This document shows, one piece after another, positions 42,325 through 51,529 of a DNA stretch of 64,000 bases. Under the pieces are notes generated by a model. That model was not told the origin of the DNA and did no database searches. It saw nothing but the letters and a program-made list of their open reading frames with translations. Source of the DNA: Terriglobia bacterium. GTDB lineage: Bacteria > Acidobacteriota > Polarisedimenticolia > Polarisedimenticolales > JAIQFR01. The stretch lies in contig CAVVHE010000004.1 in the NCBI GenBank assembly GCA_963748015.1, positions 1,344,001-1,408,000 on the forward strand. The letters are read 5' to 3'. A program made the position numbers and the translations under genes. How positions within the stretch are numbered: position 1 is the stretch's first letter; each line of letters begins with the position of its first letter.

Positions 42325-42978
42325 ATGGACGTGCCTCTGGCGCTCGCGATCCACGGCGGGGCGTGGAACATCCCCGACGAGATGGCCCGGTCACACGCCG
42401 AGGGGATCGAGCGCGCCCTCCGGGAGGTCTGGGCCGGAATGCAGCGCGGCCTCGCGGCGCTCGACGCGGTCGAGCTCGCGGTGCGGCTCCTCGAGGACGA
42501 CACGACCTTCAACGGGGGCCGGGGAGCCCACCTCAACCGGGAGTACCGCGTCGAGCTGGACGCCTCGATCATGGAGGGGTCGAAACTCGAGGCCGGCGCC
42601 GTCGCGGCCGCGACATCGACCGGCGGGACGCAGGACAAGTCGCACGGCCGGGTCGGCGATTCCCCCGTCATCGGCGCGGGGACGTACGCGGACGACCGGG
42701 CCGGGGCGGCCTCTTCGACGGGCTGGGGGGAGGGAATCCTCCGCGTGGTGCTGGCCAAGGCGGCCGTGGACGGCATGAGGGCGGGCGCCGAGCCGGCCTC
42801 GGCGGGCCGCTCCGCGCTGGCCGCGCTCCGCCGGGTGCGGGGCAGCGGCGGGCTGATCCTCGTGGATCGTCGCGGCCGGGTCGCGGCGGTGTTCAACACG
42901 CCGCGCATGGCCCGGGGGATCGCGACCGAGGCCGGCGGCATCCGGACCCGGGTGAGCCGGGGCGGCGGGCGCCGGTGA
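42325..42978 (+). pseudogene. Isoaspartyl peptidase/asparaginase-2 with an in-frame internal deletion
   Basis: AIHGGAW, LEDD..FN.G.G and ELDASIM, then AGAVAA directly joined to ATSTGG..GRVGDSP; no NP/HV segment and no TVG nucleophile. Confidence 0.75.
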
Positions 42979-44012
42979 GGATCCCCGCCTGGCTCGCGTG
43001 GTTTCTCATCACGATCACCTATCTGACCGCGGGTGTCCTCCGCCAGTTCCATGCGGAAATCCCCACCTCCCCCTACGTCAACCCTCTGGTCGGAAGCCTC
43101 CTGTTCGCGGCCGTGTTCTTCCTCCTGCTGGTCGCCGCGCGCGAGTGGCGGCTCGGTCCTTTCCCCGGCGACGGCATCCGCCTCGGGAGCATCACGCCGC
43201 TGCTCCTGATGCTCCTGATGGAGAAGTGGATCTCGATCGGCCTCTACAACCCCGTGTTCGCCGTCATCGCGCCGGAAGGGCTCGCGGAAGCCGAGCTCGA
43301 CGCGCGCTATCGCGCTTTCGCCGGCCTCGGCCTCGTCGCGACGTGCGCCCTCCTCTCCGCCTTCTCGCCGCCGGCGTGGCGCAGGACGTGGCGGCGCATG
43401 CGGCCGGCGCGGTGGCCGGCGGCGATCGCAGGGCTCGCGATCGTCGTGGCGGGGGTCTATCTCGTCTTCGGCGGGCTCATCGCCGCCTTCGGCGGCGGCC
43501 TGCGCCTGCGCTGGCCGTCCTCGAGCTCGCTCCTCTGGTGGATCCTCGGAGGACAGGCGTTGCGGGCGTTCTCGGAGGAGTACTACTACCGCAGCCTCCT
43601 GCTGGCCGAGACGCAGCGCTTGGCGCCGAGGCTGGGCGCGCGAGGCCCGGTCGCGGCGCGCTGGGCCGCCCTGATCCCGACGTCGGTGCTGTTCGGTCTC
43701 GAGCACGTGGCGCTCGGCCCGCCGTGGGACGAGCCGCTCCGGCAGGCGGTGTTCACGCTGGCGCTCGGGCTTCTGTTCGGGATCCTCATGCTGGTGACGG
43801 AGAATCTCCCCTTCGTCGCCGGCATGCACGCGTTCGTGAACTGGCTCGTGCTGGGTGTCGTTCCCCGCTTCGCCGATGAAACGGGGCGCGCGGCCCTACC
43901 CGCCGGGACGTACGTGGGGTTGGCGCTCGCGCTCGCTTTCGTGCTGGCGTTCGTCGTTCAGCGGCGCGGCCACTTGGTCAGGAATCGGCGAGCGGGCTCC
44001 CCTGGCGCCTGA
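42975..44012 (+). CDS. CPBP (Abi/CAAX-like) intramembrane protease
   Basis: EEYYYR, FGLEH and H...N motifs; multiple TM helices; GTGA overlap. Confidence 0.85.
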   Translation: MRIPAWLAWFLITITYLTAGVLRQFHAEIPTSPYVNPLVGSLLFAAVFFLLLVAAREWRLGPFPGDGIRLGSITPLLLMLLMEKWISIGLYNPVFAVIAPEGLAEAELDARYRAFAGLGLVATCALLSAFSPPAWRRTWRRMRPARWPAAIAGLAIVVAGVYLVFGGLIAAFGGGLRLRWPSSSSLLWWILGGQALRAFSEEYYYRSLLLAETQRLAPRLGARGPVAARWAALIPTSVLFGLEHVALGPPWDEPLRQAVFTLALGLLFGILMLVTENLPFVAGMHAFVNWLVLGVVPRFADETGRAALPAGTYVGLALALAFVLAFVVQRRGHLVRNRRAGSPGA

Positions 44013-44343
44013 GCGCCGCCGCAGCGGTCGCGGCGTCGGGATACACCTCGAAGATCTTGTCGAGCTTGATGATCTCGAGCACCGACCGGACCCCGGGCGC
44101 GATCCCGGCGAAGCGGGCGTCGCGCCCGCTCTTACGGACCGCCTTGAAGAGGCTGACCAGCACGCCGACGCCCGTGGAGTCCACGAACGCGATCCCGGAC
44201 AGGTCCACCACCACGTCGGCATCGCGGCCGATGAGCGCGAGCGCTTCGGCCTTCACCCTCGCCGCGACGAAGGTGTCGAGCGCGTCCGTTCCCTGGAACC
44301 TCAGGTGAAGGACACCGAGAGCCCGATCCGATTGGACGATCAT
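43978..44343 (-). CDS. STAS anti-anti-sigma factor (RsbV-like)
   Basis: VVVDLSGIAFVDSTGVGVLV..VLEIIKLDKIF. Confidence 0.92.
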   Translation of the reverse strand: MIVQSDRALGVLHLRFQGTDALDTFVAARVKAEALALIGRDADVVVDLSGIAFVDSTGVGVLVSLFKAVRKSGRDARFAGIAPGVRSVLEIIKLDKIFEVYPDAATAAAALRRQGSPLADS

Positions 44344-45326
44344 CGCCCACCCCCCTCGGGTACCGACATGTTCCCGATGTCCAGGGCCTTCTCGACCGCT
44401 TCCTGCCGCCCTTCCTTCACGACGCCGGCGAGCTCGCGAATCAGCTCGGCGATGCGCACCGCGGACTCCTCGATCACCGTGCTGGCCTTGACGACCTTGG
44501 GATCGGCCCCGGCCATCGCCTTCAGGATCTGGGCGCGGCCGAGCAGAGCGGTGAGCGGGTTGTTGATCTTGTGGCTCAGGACGCTGAGCGTGCGGAGGAT
44601 CTCGGCGAGCTTCTCGATGCGATGGCGCTCCTCGATCTCTTGCGAGCGCCGCGTGATGTCGCTCAGGAGCACCACCTCGCTCCCGTCGGTTCCGGCGAGC
44701 CCGCGGCGCGACACCACGAGCACCCGGTCGTTGCCGTCGTTCCCCCGGACCTGCACCTCGGCGTCCGCGGCCCGGGGAAGCTGATCGAGAAAGGCGGCCT
44801 TGGGGTCGTCCGCTCCCCCGACGTTACCCCCTGCGAGCAGGCACGCGGCCCGGTTCGCGTGGCGCACCGCGCCGTCGGGTCCGAGGATGAGGATGCCGGC
44901 ATCCAGCGCGGCGAGCACGCCGTCGAGCTGCCGGCGGGCCGCCTCCGCGTCGGCGAGCGCGTGCCCGAGCCGCGCGTTGGCCTCGGACAGCGCGTCCGCG
45001 CGACCGCGCAGCTCGGCCGCCGCCAGGGCCTTCTCCTTGAGCGCCGCCGCCTGGGCCGCGAACACCAGGAGCGCGCGGAGCTTCACCGCGGCCGGCGGCG
45101 AGAGCGCGGCGCCGGCGCTTCCCAGCGCCTCGCAAGGAAGGTCGCGGAGGCGGACCTCGTACTCGTCGAGGATCCGGTCGAGCAGCCCGTCCAGGTCGTG
45201 GCTCCGCTGGATCAGGTCGAGAGAGACGTCGTGGACTCGCCCGAGCTCCAGGAGCTCCGCCTGAAGCGTCTCGAGAGGCTCGGAATCGTCCATGAAGGCT
45301 GGCTGGGTTCGCGGCATGGCGTTCAC
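44340..45326 (-). CDS. PAS + HisKA protein lacking an ATPase domain
   Basis: GILILGPDGAVRHANRAA (PAS) and LSHKINNPLTALLG; the protein ends about 50 aa later. Confidence 0.75.
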   Translation of the reverse strand: MNAMPRTQPAFMDDSEPLETLQAELLELGRVHDVSLDLIQRSHDLDGLLDRILDEYEVRLRDLPCEALGSAGAALSPPAAVKLRALLVFAAQAAALKEKALAAAELRGRADALSEANARLGHALADAEAARRQLDGVLAALDAGILILGPDGAVRHANRAACLLAGGNVGGADDPKAAFLDQLPRAADAEVQVRGNDGNDRVLVVSRRGLAGTDGSEVVLLSDITRRSQEIEERHRIEKLAEILRTLSVLSHKINNPLTALLGRAQILKAMAGADPKVVKASTVIEESAVRIAELIRELAGVVKEGRQEAVEKALDIGNMSVPEGGGR

Positions 45327-45748
45327 TCTCTCTCCTGGCGCCGGTGCTTGACCAGGACGACGCGCGTCCCGACGCCCATCTTGGTGTACTTGACCTCGTC
45401 CGTGAGTCTGCGAATCAGGAAGAGCCCGTACCCCCCCTCGGAGAGCTCCGGCGGGTCGGACTCGCCGTGCTCGGAAGCGTCGAAGGCCGTCCCGTAGTCG
45501 CGGACGGTCAGGCGTAGCTGACCGTTTTCGAGCTCGGCCTCGAGATCGATGCGGCCGTCGGTCCTTCCGCTGTAGGAGTGGCGATAGGAATTCGAGCAGA
45601 CCTCGCTGAGCGCGACGGCCAGGTCGTGGGTTTCTCCCTCCGAGAAGCCCGCGGATCGCGCGATCGTGCCGATCCAGCTGCGCACGTCGCGTATCCGCGC
45701 GGGGTCGCTCCGGATGGACAGCGCCTCGACGCGCACTTCCCTATTCAA
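45323..45748 (-). CDS. Anti-sigma Ser kinase (RsbW-like)
   Basis: LAVALSEVCSNSYRHSY, VRDYG, EGGYGLFLIRRLTD. Confidence 0.9.
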   Translation of the reverse strand: MNREVRVEALSIRSDPARIRDVRSWIGTIARSAGFSEGETHDLAVALSEVCSNSYRHSYSGRTDGRIDLEAELENGQLRLTVRDYGTAFDASEHGESDPPELSEGGYGLFLIRRLTDEVKYTKMGVGTRVVLVKHRRQERE

Positions 45749-47867
45749 GGCTCGCCTCGCCCGGCTCGGCGCCGCCCGCGGGCTCCCGCGGGACCAGTAG
45801 CCGGAACTCGCTTCCCCCCTCGTCGCGCTCGTGCCACCTGAGCGTCCCGCCGTGCATCCTCGCGATGAACCGCGCCTCGTGGAGGCCCAGGCCGACTCCT
45901 TTCGGCTTGGCGGTCAGCAGGTCGCCTCCCTGCTCGAAGGCGGCGAAGACCCGATCGCGCTCGGGAGGCGGGATGCCGGGCCCCCGGTCGAGAACGCTGA
46001 ACGCCACCCCCTCGAACAGGTCTCCTCCGCGGCGGAGTCGCGCGGGAGCGATGCGGATCGCGACCTGCGATCCCGGCGGCGAGAACTTCACGGCGTTGTC
46101 CAGCAGATTGGCGAGGGCCTGTGCCACTCGAGCGGCGTCCACGGATACGGCGCCGATCCCCTTCGCGGAGTGGACGGCGACGTCCCGCGCTCCGGCCAGC
46201 TCGATCGCCTTCGCGACGATCTCCTCCGGAGCCGCGTCTTTGACCTTGAGCGGGTCGGCCCCGCTCTCGAGACGGACCAGGCGGAAGAGGCTCCCGAGGA
46301 GACCATCGAGCGCGTGCGCCCCCTCGAGAATCGCGTCGAGCATCTCGGCGCGAAGCTCGGGTGGGCCGCCGTACTCGCGCAGCGCCGTGACGGCCCCGAC
46401 GATCGCCGTCACCGGCGAGCGCATCTCGTGCGACAGGTTCGACAGGAAGCGGTCCTTCATCCGGTCGAGCTCGCGGAGGTCGTCGAAGGCCTTCCGGAGG
46501 GCCTCCGTCCGGAGTCGCACCATCTCCTCGAGCTGGTCGCGGTGCCGCGCCAGCTCGGCGTGGACTCGCGCCTTGTCGAGACTGGCGGCGAGGTGCCCGG
46601 CCACGGTGGAGAGGAAGCGAACGTCCGGCTCGCCGAACGAGCCGTCGGGGGCCGGGGCGTAGGCCACGAGGATTCTCCGCGCATCGCCCTCCACCGGCAC
46701 CGCGACTCCCGCCCGGACCCCGGACAGAGAGGACGTGCCCGGCGACACCCCGAGCTCCGCGGAAAGGTCGTCGACGACCGACGAAACCTCCCGCTTGAGG
46801 AAACGCGCCACGAGGGCCCGTCCCTCGGAGGACGCGAGCAGCGGATCGCCGCTCTCCCTGAAAGCGCCCTCGGTCTCGATGTCGCCGAGCCCCCGGTCCC
46901 GGAGGAGGGTGACCTGCGCCGCGCCGAGAATCCCCGCGGCCGCGGAGAGGGCCGAGCCGACGATCACCCCGCGGTCGAAGCTCGGCCCGATCTTGCGGAG
47001 CGCGTCGCTCAGTCCTCTCAAGGCCTCGGCCTCGCGCTCGAGACGGTCGGCCCTGAGGCTCTGCCCCGCGAGCTGGTCCCCGAGCGCGAGGCTCGCGCGG
47101 ACCGACTGCTCGAGGAGGTCCTTGCCTCCGAGAACGACCGCCGTGCCCCTCCCGTCGAGCGGCGAGGGCGCCGCCGGTTTCCTTTCGGTCCCCCCCTTGA
47201 GGCGGGCGAGGTGCGGGGCGAACGCCCGCTCGACCTGCCGGACCATCTCGCCCGCGTCGAAGCGCTCGCGGGTCTTCTCACCCGCGAGCGAGGCGAGGCG
47301 ATCGAGCATCCGGCGCGTCGCCGCGACAAAGGTCTCGAGGACCCCCTCGCCGCGAACCGCGACGGCGGGAAAACCGCTCGCCCCTTCGGCGCCGAGCCAC
47401 CCGGCGACCTCCTCGGGCGTCGCCGCGTCCGGGACGTCCTGCTTGTTGAACTGCAGCAGGACCGGGACCGTCGCGGGGTCGAGCCGGTTCGCGCGCATGT
47501 TGATCCGGAGGTTCTCGAGCGATCCCCGGTTCTCGGTCTCGCGGGCGCGGCTCGAGTCGGCCACGAAGACCACCGCGTCGGCCCCCGCGAGCACGACCCG
47601 CCGTGTCGTGTCGTAGCGAACCTGCCCGGGGACGGTGTAGAGCTTCAGCGCGACCCGGTACCCCTGGATCTCGCCGAGTTCGAAGGGGAGGAGGTCGAAG
47701 AACAGGGTCCGGTCGTCGGCCGTCTTGACGGAAAGGAGATTGGTGGTCGCCTGCGGATCGAGCAGCCGGTGCAGCTCCTGGAGGTTGGTGGTCTTTCCCC
47801 CGAGCGCGGGCCCGTAGTACACGAGCTTCGCGAAGAGCGTCCGGCTACCGTGACTCCACTGGGCCAC
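45741..47867 (-). CDS. MglA-like GTPase - GAF - histidine kinase fusion
   Basis: GPALGGKTTNL, DRTLFFDLLP, TVPGQ, NKQD; GAF end F..PDVRFLSTVA; SHEMRSP, NLLDNAVKFS, DRGPGI, GVGLGL. Confidence 0.88.
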   Translation of the reverse strand: MAQWSHGSRTLFAKLVYYGPALGGKTTNLQELHRLLDPQATTNLLSVKTADDRTLFFDLLPFELGEIQGYRVALKLYTVPGQVRYDTTRRVVLAGADAVVFVADSSRARETENRGSLENLRINMRANRLDPATVPVLLQFNKQDVPDAATPEEVAGWLGAEGASGFPAVAVRGEGVLETFVAATRRMLDRLASLAGEKTRERFDAGEMVRQVERAFAPHLARLKGGTERKPAAPSPLDGRGTAVVLGGKDLLEQSVRASLALGDQLAGQSLRADRLEREAEALRGLSDALRKIGPSFDRGVIVGSALSAAAGILGAAQVTLLRDRGLGDIETEGAFRESGDPLLASSEGRALVARFLKREVSSVVDDLSAELGVSPGTSSLSGVRAGVAVPVEGDARRILVAYAPAPDGSFGEPDVRFLSTVAGHLAASLDKARVHAELARHRDQLEEMVRLRTEALRKAFDDLRELDRMKDRFLSNLSHEMRSPVTAIVGAVTALREYGGPPELRAEMLDAILEGAHALDGLLGSLFRLVRLESGADPLKVKDAAPEEIVAKAIELAGARDVAVHSAKGIGAVSVDAARVAQALANLLDNAVKFSPPGSQVAIRIAPARLRRGGDLFEGVAFSVLDRGPGIPPPERDRVFAAFEQGGDLLTAKPKGVGLGLHEARFIARMHGGTLRWHERDEGGSEFRLLVPREPAGGAEPGEASLE

Positions 47868-47877
47868 GATTCCCCCC

Positions 47878-48099
47878 TCAGTTGTCCGCGAGGAGCTTCC
47901 GCATCCGGCTCGTAAGGGCGCCCGATGGAATCCCGCGGGGCAGGAGCGGGTCGCCGGGGCTCCGCCCGCTTTCCACCGCGATGGTCTCGAGGGCCGCCGA
48001 CAGGTCCGCGATGACCTCCTCGATACGCCGGTCGATCTCCCGCTTCGAGAGCGGCATGAGCCGCTCCGCCGTGTCCCCTGCCGCACTCCTCGATCTCAC
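47878..48099 (-). CDS. Small hypothetical protein
   Basis: GTGA overlap with the response regulator, fills the operon gap, helical acidic core; alternative ATG at 48057. Confidence 0.55.
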   Translation of the reverse strand: MRSRSAAGDTAERLMPLSKREIDRRIEEVIADLSAALETIAVESGRSPGDPLLPRGIPSGALTSRMRKLLADN

Positions 48100-48491
48100 G
48101 CCTTGGCCCCCCCGTGCTCCGCCTCGGACAGGATCTCGCGCACCCGCCGGAGCAGCTCCGACGGGGAATAGGGTTTGCTCATGAAATCGGTCGCGCCCGC
48201 CGCCCGGCCGCGCTCGCAGTCGTTCTCCTGCCCCTTCGCGGTCAGGAGGATCACGGGGATCGAGGAGAACCGAGGGTCGCTCCTGACGCGGCGGCAGACG
48301 TCGAAGCCGTCCATGCCGGGCATCATCACGTCCAGGACGATCAGGTCGGGTCTGTCCCCTTCGATCTTCGCCAGGCCATCCTCGCCGTCCACCGCCGTCA
48401 CCGGCGCGAAGCCCTCCTCGCGCAGGATGAACTCGAGCGGCCGCCGGATGAAGGCGTCGTCGTCGATGATGAGGATCTTATTCCCTTTCAC
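48096..48491 (-). CDS. Single-domain response regulator
   Basis: ILIIDDD, LDVMMP, LTAK, KP. Confidence 0.93.
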   Translation of the reverse strand: MKGNKILIIDDDAFIRRPLEFILREEGFAPVTAVDGEDGLAKIEGDRPDLIVLDVMMPGMDGFDVCRRVRSDPRFSSIPVILLTAKGQENDCERGRAAGATDFMSKPYSPSELLRRVREILSEAEHGGAKA

Positions 48492-49870
48492 GAAGCGATC
48501 TCCCCGTCCGCCCGCTTGACGACGACCAGGGTCACGTCGTCCGCGGGCGGTATCCCACCGCAGTGCTCGGCCATCGCCCCCAGGATCCGCTCGTGGATTC
48601 CGGAGACATCCTCCGACCTCGTCGCCACGGCGGTCTCGATCAGGCGCTCGATCCCGAATTGCCGCCGGACGGGATCCCTCGCCTCGACCAGGCCGTCGGT
48701 GTAGACGACCAGCACGTCGCCCGGATCGAGCGCGCGGGCCTCTTCCTCGAATCCCATCCCCGAGAACACGCCTAGCGCCGATCCGCCCCGCTCGAGGCGC
48801 TCGACCTCCCCGCCCGCGCGCACGAGGATCGGCGGGTTGTGCCCCGCGTTGCAGAGAGTCATCCGGGAGCCGCCGGGCTCGAAGCGGAAGACCACGGCGG
48901 TCGCGAAGACGTCCGACTCCGAGAAATCCGCCACGAGGACTTCGTTCGTTCTGGAGAGCACGTTGGCGGGCGACGGATCCCGCCTCGCCTCGGCCTGGAG
49001 CGCACCCTTGGCCGCCGCCATGTAGAGGGCCGCGCCGACGCCGTGACCGGACACGTCCGCCATCGCGAGCCCGAGGGCGCCGTCGGGCAGCGCAAGGTAG
49101 CCGTAGTAGTCCCCGCCGATGTTCTCCGCCGCGCGGTGCCCGCCCGCGATACGCAATCCCGGGAACTCCGGGTCGCCTCTCGGAAGCAGGCCGAGGTGAA
49201 TCTGGCGCGCGATCTCGTCCTCGCGCTTGCGGCTCTCCGCCCGGCGGACCTCCGCCGCGAGCAGCGTGTTCCGGATGAACGCCGACGAGAGGGACGCGAG
49301 CGCCGACAGGAGCTTGATCTCCCCTGCCCGGTACGATTGCCCGCCCGGACGTCCGCGAAGGACCAGGACCCCGATCGGGCTGCCCGCGGGAGCGGGAAGA
49401 GGCACGGCCACCACCGCCTCCTGTCCCGGGCCGGGCTCCACCATGAACGTCCTTCCGGTCTCGGCCGCGCTCCTTGCCGCGCGATCGAACAGGACCTCGC
49501 TGGGCCGTCGCGCCGAAGGGAAGGAGGCCGCGAGGAGGGGCGGGACACGGCCGCTGAGCCAGACCTCGCCGGCGCGCGCGCCGAGCGTGCGGGCCGCCTC
49601 CTCGAGGACGAGTTGCGCGATCGCTTGCTGGCCGAGAACGCTGCCGAGCCGCTCGCAGAGCCGGTAGACGAGGGTGACCTCCTCGTAACGGTCGAGGATC
49701 TCCCCGCAGAGGCTCCGGATCTCCTCCTCGTGCCGCAGGGCCTCGGCCGAGGCCGACGCGATCCGGGGCGCCGCCGCCGCGCTACCGCGCTGCGCGATCC
49801 CTGCCCCCGCGTCGGGGACGCGCTCGATCATCCTCGCTGGCCTCCGGCGCCGCTTGAGCGCCCCGGACAT
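48488..49870 (-). CDS. GAF + PP2C/SpoIIE phosphatase
   Basis: GGAGG RBS; IGGDYY, ADVSGHG, NAGH, YTDGLVE, DDVTLV. Confidence 0.9.
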   Translation of the reverse strand: MSGALKRRRRPARMIERVPDAGAGIAQRGSAAAAPRIASASAEALRHEEEIRSLCGEILDRYEEVTLVYRLCERLGSVLGQQAIAQLVLEEAARTLGARAGEVWLSGRVPPLLAASFPSARRPSEVLFDRAARSAAETGRTFMVEPGPGQEAVVAVPLPAPAGSPIGVLVLRGRPGGQSYRAGEIKLLSALASLSSAFIRNTLLAAEVRRAESRKREDEIARQIHLGLLPRGDPEFPGLRIAGGHRAAENIGGDYYGYLALPDGALGLAMADVSGHGVGAALYMAAAKGALQAEARRDPSPANVLSRTNEVLVADFSESDVFATAVVFRFEPGGSRMTLCNAGHNPPILVRAGGEVERLERGGSALGVFSGMGFEEEARALDPGDVLVVYTDGLVEARDPVRRQFGIERLIETAVATRSEDVSGIHERILGAMAEHCGGIPPADDVTLVVVKRADGEIAS

Positions 49871-50265
49871 GCCTCCACCCGTGCTTACACAGTGGAAATC
49901 AGGCAGCAATAGACGAGCCATTTTCTGAATATGCGGCGTAAGACGAACACCTGGAGGCGGTTATGCCGCCCAAGAGGGGTTTCGAAGGCCGCCTCGGGTG
50001 ACGCGGCGGGGTGCAACGCGGCCAGGGAATTCCCAATTCGAACCGGAATTCAGCGACTTCTCGAGCAAGTCTCTTGATTTCAACGACTTCTGCGATGACA
50101 GTTTTGGTCAGGCCCGAGGAGTAACATGGACACTGCGTGTCCGTGGCGGGCGGTCCGAGACGCGTTTCATCGCAAGGACCCGGTCGCGGACAAGGGAATT
50201 GTCCCTTTTTCGTCCAAACGGGGCGGTTGCGCGTTTCAATATCGGGGCCCCACGAGGAGGACGGG

Positions 50266-50853
50266 TTGGGCGTGCCGAGCGACGAGGATCTGGTGCTGGC
50301 GGTCCAGTCCGGCGACACGAACTCGCTCGGCGTGCTCGTGGCCCGCTGGGAGCAGCCGCTCTTCCGCTTCGCCTTCCGGCTGCTCCAGCGGACGGAGGAC
50401 GCCCGGGACGTCTGCCAGGAGACGTTCCTCCGCATCCTGACGAAGTCGGAGCGCTTCCGGGCGGGGGCGAGGTTTTCGACATGGATGTACCAGATCGCGT
50501 TGAACCTGTGCCGCGACCACCTGAGGCGGCGCACGCGATGGAAGTTCCTCGCGTTCGACTCGGACGAGCCGGCGGTGCAACGCCGCGTCGAGTCCCGCGT
50601 CGAAGCCGGCGCCGCCCCGGACCCCGCGGCGGCGCTCGAGCGGGACGAGCAACGGCGGGCGATCCGGAAAGCGCTACGGACGCTCTCTCCCGAGCAGCGC
50701 GAGGTGCTGGTCCTCAAGGAGTTCGAGGGGATGAAGTTCAAGGAGATCGCCGAGATTCTCGGCTGCCCCGAGAGCACGGTGAAGTCGCGGATGTATTACG
50801 GCCTGACGGCCCTCAAGAGCGCCCTGTCGCAACAGGGGATCGAGGCGCTCTGA
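50266..50853 (+). CDS. ECF sigma-70 factor
   Basis: GAGGAGG RBS; DVCQETF, FSTWMYQIALN, EIAEILGCPESTVKSR; start is TTG 50266 or GTG 50272. Confidence 0.93.
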   Translation: MGVPSDEDLVLAVQSGDTNSLGVLVARWEQPLFRFAFRLLQRTEDARDVCQETFLRILTKSERFRAGARFSTWMYQIALNLCRDHLRRRTRWKFLAFDSDEPAVQRRVESRVEAGAAPDPAAALERDEQRRAIRKALRTLSPEQREVLVLKEFEGMKFKEIAEILGCPESTVKSRMYYGLTALKSALSQQGIEAL

Positions 50854-50872
50854 GAGGGCGCGGAGCGGCGCC

Positions 50873-51529
50873 ATGACGAACTGCGAGGCATTCAAGGAAC
50901 TGCTGGTCGCCCGGCTCTACGACGAGCTGGACGCCGACGACGCGCGGCGGCTCGAGTCGCACCTCGGCGACTGCGGCGTTTGCAGGGAAGAGCTCGTTCG
51001 GCTGGGCGCGGCGCGCGAGCTGCTGCGCCACGCGGAGCCCGAGCTTCCGGTGTCCCCGCGAGTCGTCCTCCTGGCGCCCCGCCCCTTCCGCCGCCCGATG
51101 TGGGCGTTCGCGGCGGGCTTCGCGTGCGCCCTGCTCGTCCTCGCCGCCGGATTGGGCGCCGGCTGGACGCTGCGCGGTGCCGGGGAAAGCGGAGCTTCCG
51201 GCCAGGTCGCCGCCGGGCTGACCCGCGCGGACGTGGAGGGCCTCATCCGCGAGCAGGAAGCGCGGCTCGCGCGCCGACTCGAGCCGGCGCCGTCCGGCGC
51301 CAAGCCGTCGTCTCCGGCAGCCCTCGAAGCCGCCGTGACCAAGAAAGACCTCGACGACGCGTTCTCGCGCTTCGAGAAGAAGGTCGACGGCCGCAGGGCC
51401 GCGGACCTCGGCTACGTGCTGGACGCGATCACCTCGTCCGAGCTGAGGTCCTCGGCGCGGATCGGCCAGACCCGCGACGCGTTGCGCTACGTCGCTCTCG
51501 CGAACGACCCGAGGATCAGCGCCCAGTAG
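50873..51529 (+). CDS. zf-HC2 membrane anti-sigma factor
   Basis: HLGDCGVC, a TM helix, adjacent to the ECF gene. Confidence 0.88.
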   Translation: MTNCEAFKELLVARLYDELDADDARRLESHLGDCGVCREELVRLGAARELLRHAEPELPVSPRVVLLAPRPFRRPMWAFAAGFACALLVLAAGLGAGWTLRGAGESGASGQVAAGLTRADVEGLIREQEARLARRLEPAPSGAKPSSPAALEAAVTKKDLDDAFSRFEKKVDGRRAADLGYVLDAITSSELRSSARIGQTRDALRYVALANDPRISAQ

